Of a stretch of 64,000 bases of DNA, positions 61,235-64,000 are shown piece after piece. The stretch's first letter is position 1, and the number at the start of each line of letters is the position of its first letter. The notes below the pieces were generated by a model. It made no database searches, was not told the DNA's origin, and saw nothing but the letters and a program-made list of their open reading frames with translations. Position numbers and translations under genes: made by a program. This DNA is from Candidatus Cloacimonadales bacterium. Its GTDB lineage: Bacteria > Cloacimonadota > Cloacimonadia > Cloacimonadales > JAIOQZ01. The stretch lies in NCBI GenBank assembly GCA_963665815.1, contig OY762463.1, positions 480,001-544,000 of the forward strand, read 5' to 3'.

Positions 61235-61744
61235 ATGGAAATAAAAATTAACTACAATTATAAGGATTATGAAAAGGCAAACAATATTCATTATTCTTTA
61301 TTATTCATGAAACCAATATATTTACTATTTAAATTATTAATTATATACCTTGCTCTCGTGCAAGTTGGAACAATTTATACTAAAGGTTTTTCATTTTACT
61401 CAGCATTCTGGTTATTCTTCTCTCTAAACTATATTTTTCCTAATTTGATTATATTGAAGATAGCATATCGAATATCATTTAAAAAGCAAAAAATGCTGCA
61501 AAACGAAAATACAATTCAAATATTTGATGATTATATTATAGAAAATACCGGAATAAGTGAATCAAAGTTTACTGAATTTGAGAAAATTGTTATTACTAAT
61601 GAGACTATTCTTCTATATAATACAAGAGTTACTTTTATCATTATTCCCAGAAGAGCTTTGAATGAGATTGAGTTTGAGAGAGTAATTAGCATTGTTAAAG
61701 AATTTAAAACGAGTAAATTAGTTAATAAATTTCGTAAAAAATAA
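61235..61744 (+). CDS. YcxB-like membrane protein
   Basis: AAGGAG RBS; 2 TM segments; ILLY....FIIIPRRAL C-terminus. Confidence 0.72.
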   Translation: MEIKINYNYKDYEKANNIHYSLLFMKPIYLLFKLLIIYLALVQVGTIYTKGFSFYSAFWLFFSLNYIFPNLIILKIAYRISFKKQKMLQNENTIQIFDDYIIENTGISESKFTEFEKIVITNETILLYNTRVTFIIIPRRALNEIEFERVISIVKEFKTSKLVNKFRKK

Positions 61745-61783
61745 GTCCGTAATTTCGTTTTAAAATGATCTTGTACTTTATAT

Positions 61784-61858
61784 CCACCTCTTCCCTATTT
61801 TGTTTGACATTTTTATCAACTGATTGTTAATTTTGCAAAAAAGGATGTTAATATGGAT
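61784..61858 (+). repeat. 75-bp promoter/RBS/start-codon direct repeat, copy B
   Basis: See copy A. Confidence 0.88.
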
Positions 61859-62260
61859 ATTGATTACGCATTTACAGATAAAAAGACCGTACCTACAGCC
61901 GAGACCTTACAGGAAGCATTAAAAGAAGTACACAGCTTTTATCTCGATATGCTTGCTGTTACAAATGCATTTGATACTAAATGGACATTTTACAAAGGCT
62001 GGACCCTCAAGATATTCTCCAGGTAGAAAGCCCTCTGTTACATTATCCCCTGTAGTTCCCATTTCCACCTCAATATGGCAATCCGCCCCAAAGAAAGAGA
62101 CGCATTCCTCGCCGATCCTGAAATGCTGCCTTACCACCACGACCTTTCCAACTCCGAGAAGTTTATGGAAGGCTATGCAATGAGATTTAAGGTTATAGAC
62201 AAACCCAGCTATGACTATTGCAAGAGGTTTGTTGAGAGGTTAGTTGGGGTTAGGGGGTGA
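61853..62260 (+). pseudogene. DUF3788-like gene with in-frame TAG at 62024
   Basis: MDIDYAFTDKKTVPT...KWTFYKGWTLKIFSR*KALCYIIP...MAIRPKE...FMEGY; the ORF-track 62075 ORF is its second half. Confidence 0.65.
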
Positions 62261-62302
62261 CTATTTCAGGAGCTTAAGAAACTACAATTATTACTTCAAG
62301 GT

Positions 62303-63130
62303 TTACTCATTTTGCATCATCACTTCACTTATTTCAGCAATCTTTTGTCCAACACTTGTTAGATCAAATCTCCATAGATTACTTCTTGAGTATGTCCCAA
62401 AAATATTGTGAGATTCTTCTGATATATTTTGGATAGTTTCCTTAAAATAGGTAAAGTTTTGATTACCCAGTATACTGGAATAAAGTTTATAAAACTGAAA
62501 CAATGGTCTATCACTTTCAAGCGTATACAATGGTCTAAGTGTAATAGATTTACAATAGTCTAAATGTCGTATATCCAGGTCGGTGAATGCAAACTTTGTA
62601 TTCAAAGGTATTATTTTTTTTTCTACAAATTCTTGAAAATCACTAATGCTATTTACTGACTCATCCTTAAACGTGAGCAAGTATATTAGTCTCAATGTGA
62701 AAATTTGGTTTCTATTCATTAATGGGATAGTCTGAATACAAGCATCTAAAATAATTTTTAACAGATCATTGTTGCTATTCAATGCTCTCTCAATCAAAGT
62801 TTCCAACAACATTGTTTTGTGTTCTATCCTTCCAGATTTTGCGTATTCTATTTCAGCATTCATAAGAGATACTTGCATGCTGGGCTCCTTAAATACTTCC
62901 AAATTATCTGGGCATGTTTCAATAAATCTTCTCGCAAACTCAATATTGAAATCTTTAAATCGTCTATTTGCCGTTTTTCTGGATTCTTCAAAGTATGGAA
63001 ACATTTCTCTAATTTTTAACTCAACAATATTTTTTATTGCATCCTCATCAAGTGCAATATTGTTTATTATTAAATTTTCTGCTTGTATATTATTATTGCT
63101 ATTCTTACCTACTGTTTTCTTGATTGTCAT
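62303..63130 (-). CDS. LPO_1073/Vpar_1526-like protein
   Basis: Asn-rich N-terminus; FKEPSMQVSL..A...YAKSG...LLETLIER pattern. Confidence 0.6.
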   Translation of the reverse strand: MTIKKTVGKNSNNNIQAENLIINNIALDEDAIKNIVELKIREMFPYFEESRKTANRRFKDFNIEFARRFIETCPDNLEVFKEPSMQVSLMNAEIEYAKSGRIEHKTMLLETLIERALNSNNDLLKIILDACIQTIPLMNRNQIFTLRLIYLLTFKDESVNSISDFQEFVEKKIIPLNTKFAFTDLDIRHLDYCKSITLRPLYTLESDRPLFQFYKLYSSILGNQNFTYFKETIQNISEESHNIFGTYSRSNLWRFDLTSVGQKIAEISEVMMQNE

Positions 63131-63330
63131 TTGTTTTTGTCCTTACTATCTTCATTATTATTTATATTCACATTTCCATTAATCTGTATATTATTATTGG
63201 ACTTATTACCTATTTTTTGATTATTGCTATTACTTCTCCTAATCAGACTGAAAATAGTTGTTATAATTAATACGCCAATACCACTAAAAATCCATTTATA
63301 ATTAAATTTAATAATATCTATAATATCCAT
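63127..63330 (-). CDS. Small single-TM protein translationally coupled to downstream gene
   Basis: AGGAG RBS; KWIFSGIGVLII TM; Asn-rich tail; ATGA overlap. Confidence 0.7.
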   Translation of the reverse strand: MDIIDIIKFNYKWIFSGIGVLIITTIFSLIRRSNSNNQKIGNKSNNNIQINGNVNINNNEDSKDKNK

Positions 63331-63466
63331 ACATATCTCCTTTTACACAAACAATCACAGTTGCATTTCATATAAAATTATCATAACACCAATGGCTATA
63401 TATCATAGCTTCCCATAAACATAACAAGGAATGAGCATCATTTCATATTTTGTCAATTCAAAAATA

Positions 63467-63497
63467 AAAAGAGGGTGAACTAAATTCATTCACCCTC
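63467..63497 (-). terminator. Terminator downstream of TerS-like gene
   Basis: GAGGGTGAA/TTCACCCTC stem with T-tract on the minus strand. Confidence 0.7.
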
Positions 63498-63535
63498 AAC
63501 ACTTAATAATCAATAGAATAAATTTTGTTAATTGT

Positions 63536-64000
63536 CTATATCAATTCATATATTTTTGCAAGCAAACGAAATGCTTTCATCTTATCTTGCATTACTATAT
63601 GGAAATTGTTTCCTTCAGAGTTAGTTTTTAATTTCTTCACACCTGTAAAATCTATCTCTGAGATAGATTTGAGTTTCCATTTACAATTAGTTTGATCATT
63701 ACAAACTTCTCTTTCAAATAGATTTCCTATATCACTATTAATGATACAATAAAGTGAATATACAAACTCATCTTTAGAAGTCAGAAACTCTGTAATATAA
63801 CGTCTCCTTAGAATCTTTATCACTTCAGACATTTCAGTTTTCTTCAATAAACTTCTACCTTTATCTGATTTACATTTTACACTAAATCCAGCTGCTTCAA
63901 CTGATTTTGTATAAATGCCAGTTGCAGCATATTCTATGCAGAACCTTATTTCTCTTAAAGACAGTTTAGAAATGTATTCTTTTAGTTCAAGAATATATTT
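63536..64000 (-). CDS. Phage terminase small subunit-like protein, 5' end outside window
   Basis: Frame open to window end: LSLREIRFCIEY...SVEAAGFS.K....GRSLLKK.E (TerS HTH pattern), INSDIGNLF, LKSISEID, MQDKMKAFRLLAK. Confidence 0.68.
   Translation of the reverse strand, partial: KYILELKEYISKLSLREIRFCIEYAATGIYTKSVEAAGFSVKCKSDKGRSLLKKTEMSEVIKILRRRYITEFLTSKDEFVYSLYCIINSDIGNLFEREVCNDQTNCKWKLKSISEIDFTGVKKLKTNSEGNNFHIVMQDKMKAFRLLAKIYELI

Overview
AT-rich bacterial chromosomal window. Three secreted proteins end in an (N/L)YPNPF...FlgD-Ig/T9SS-like C-terminal domain, which suggests an FCB-group organism such as Cloacimonadota (inference). Housekeeping and metabolic genes include gdhA, type III glutamine synthetase, nitroreductase, MATE, a flavin disulfide reductase, an HD hydrolase, topB, ycaQ-like, rnr and yicC. 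Accessory blocks are: (i) six tandem paralogous exported/lipoprotein genes followed by a YidD-like fusion (1-5.6 kb); (ii) an SBP + histidine kinase + Rcp1-like + hybrid kinase cassette and a radical SAM-FNR fusion (16.7-24.1 kb); (iii) two secreted proteins with near-identical 255-bp C-terminal modules; (iv) a 38.5-45.7 kb locus, the most unusual part of the window; (v) a REP-rich, phage-flavoured right end with a duplicated promoter, an amber-interrupted DUF3788-like gene and a terminase-small-subunit-like ORF. The 38.5-45.7 kb locus has an IS followed by repeated 'HExxH protein + secreted beta-propeller' cassettes. These are separated by a 356-bp repeat that holds three co-varying hairpins and a blocked reading-frame entry. 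The locus ends at a non-canonical tRNA (Pro-type body, CAG anticodon, 23-nt hairpin inserted in the anticodon stem), which is the last unit of a 200-bp tandem array of tRNA-like copies whose T-arm is replaced by a palindrome. All calls are by eye from motifs; no database searches were run.
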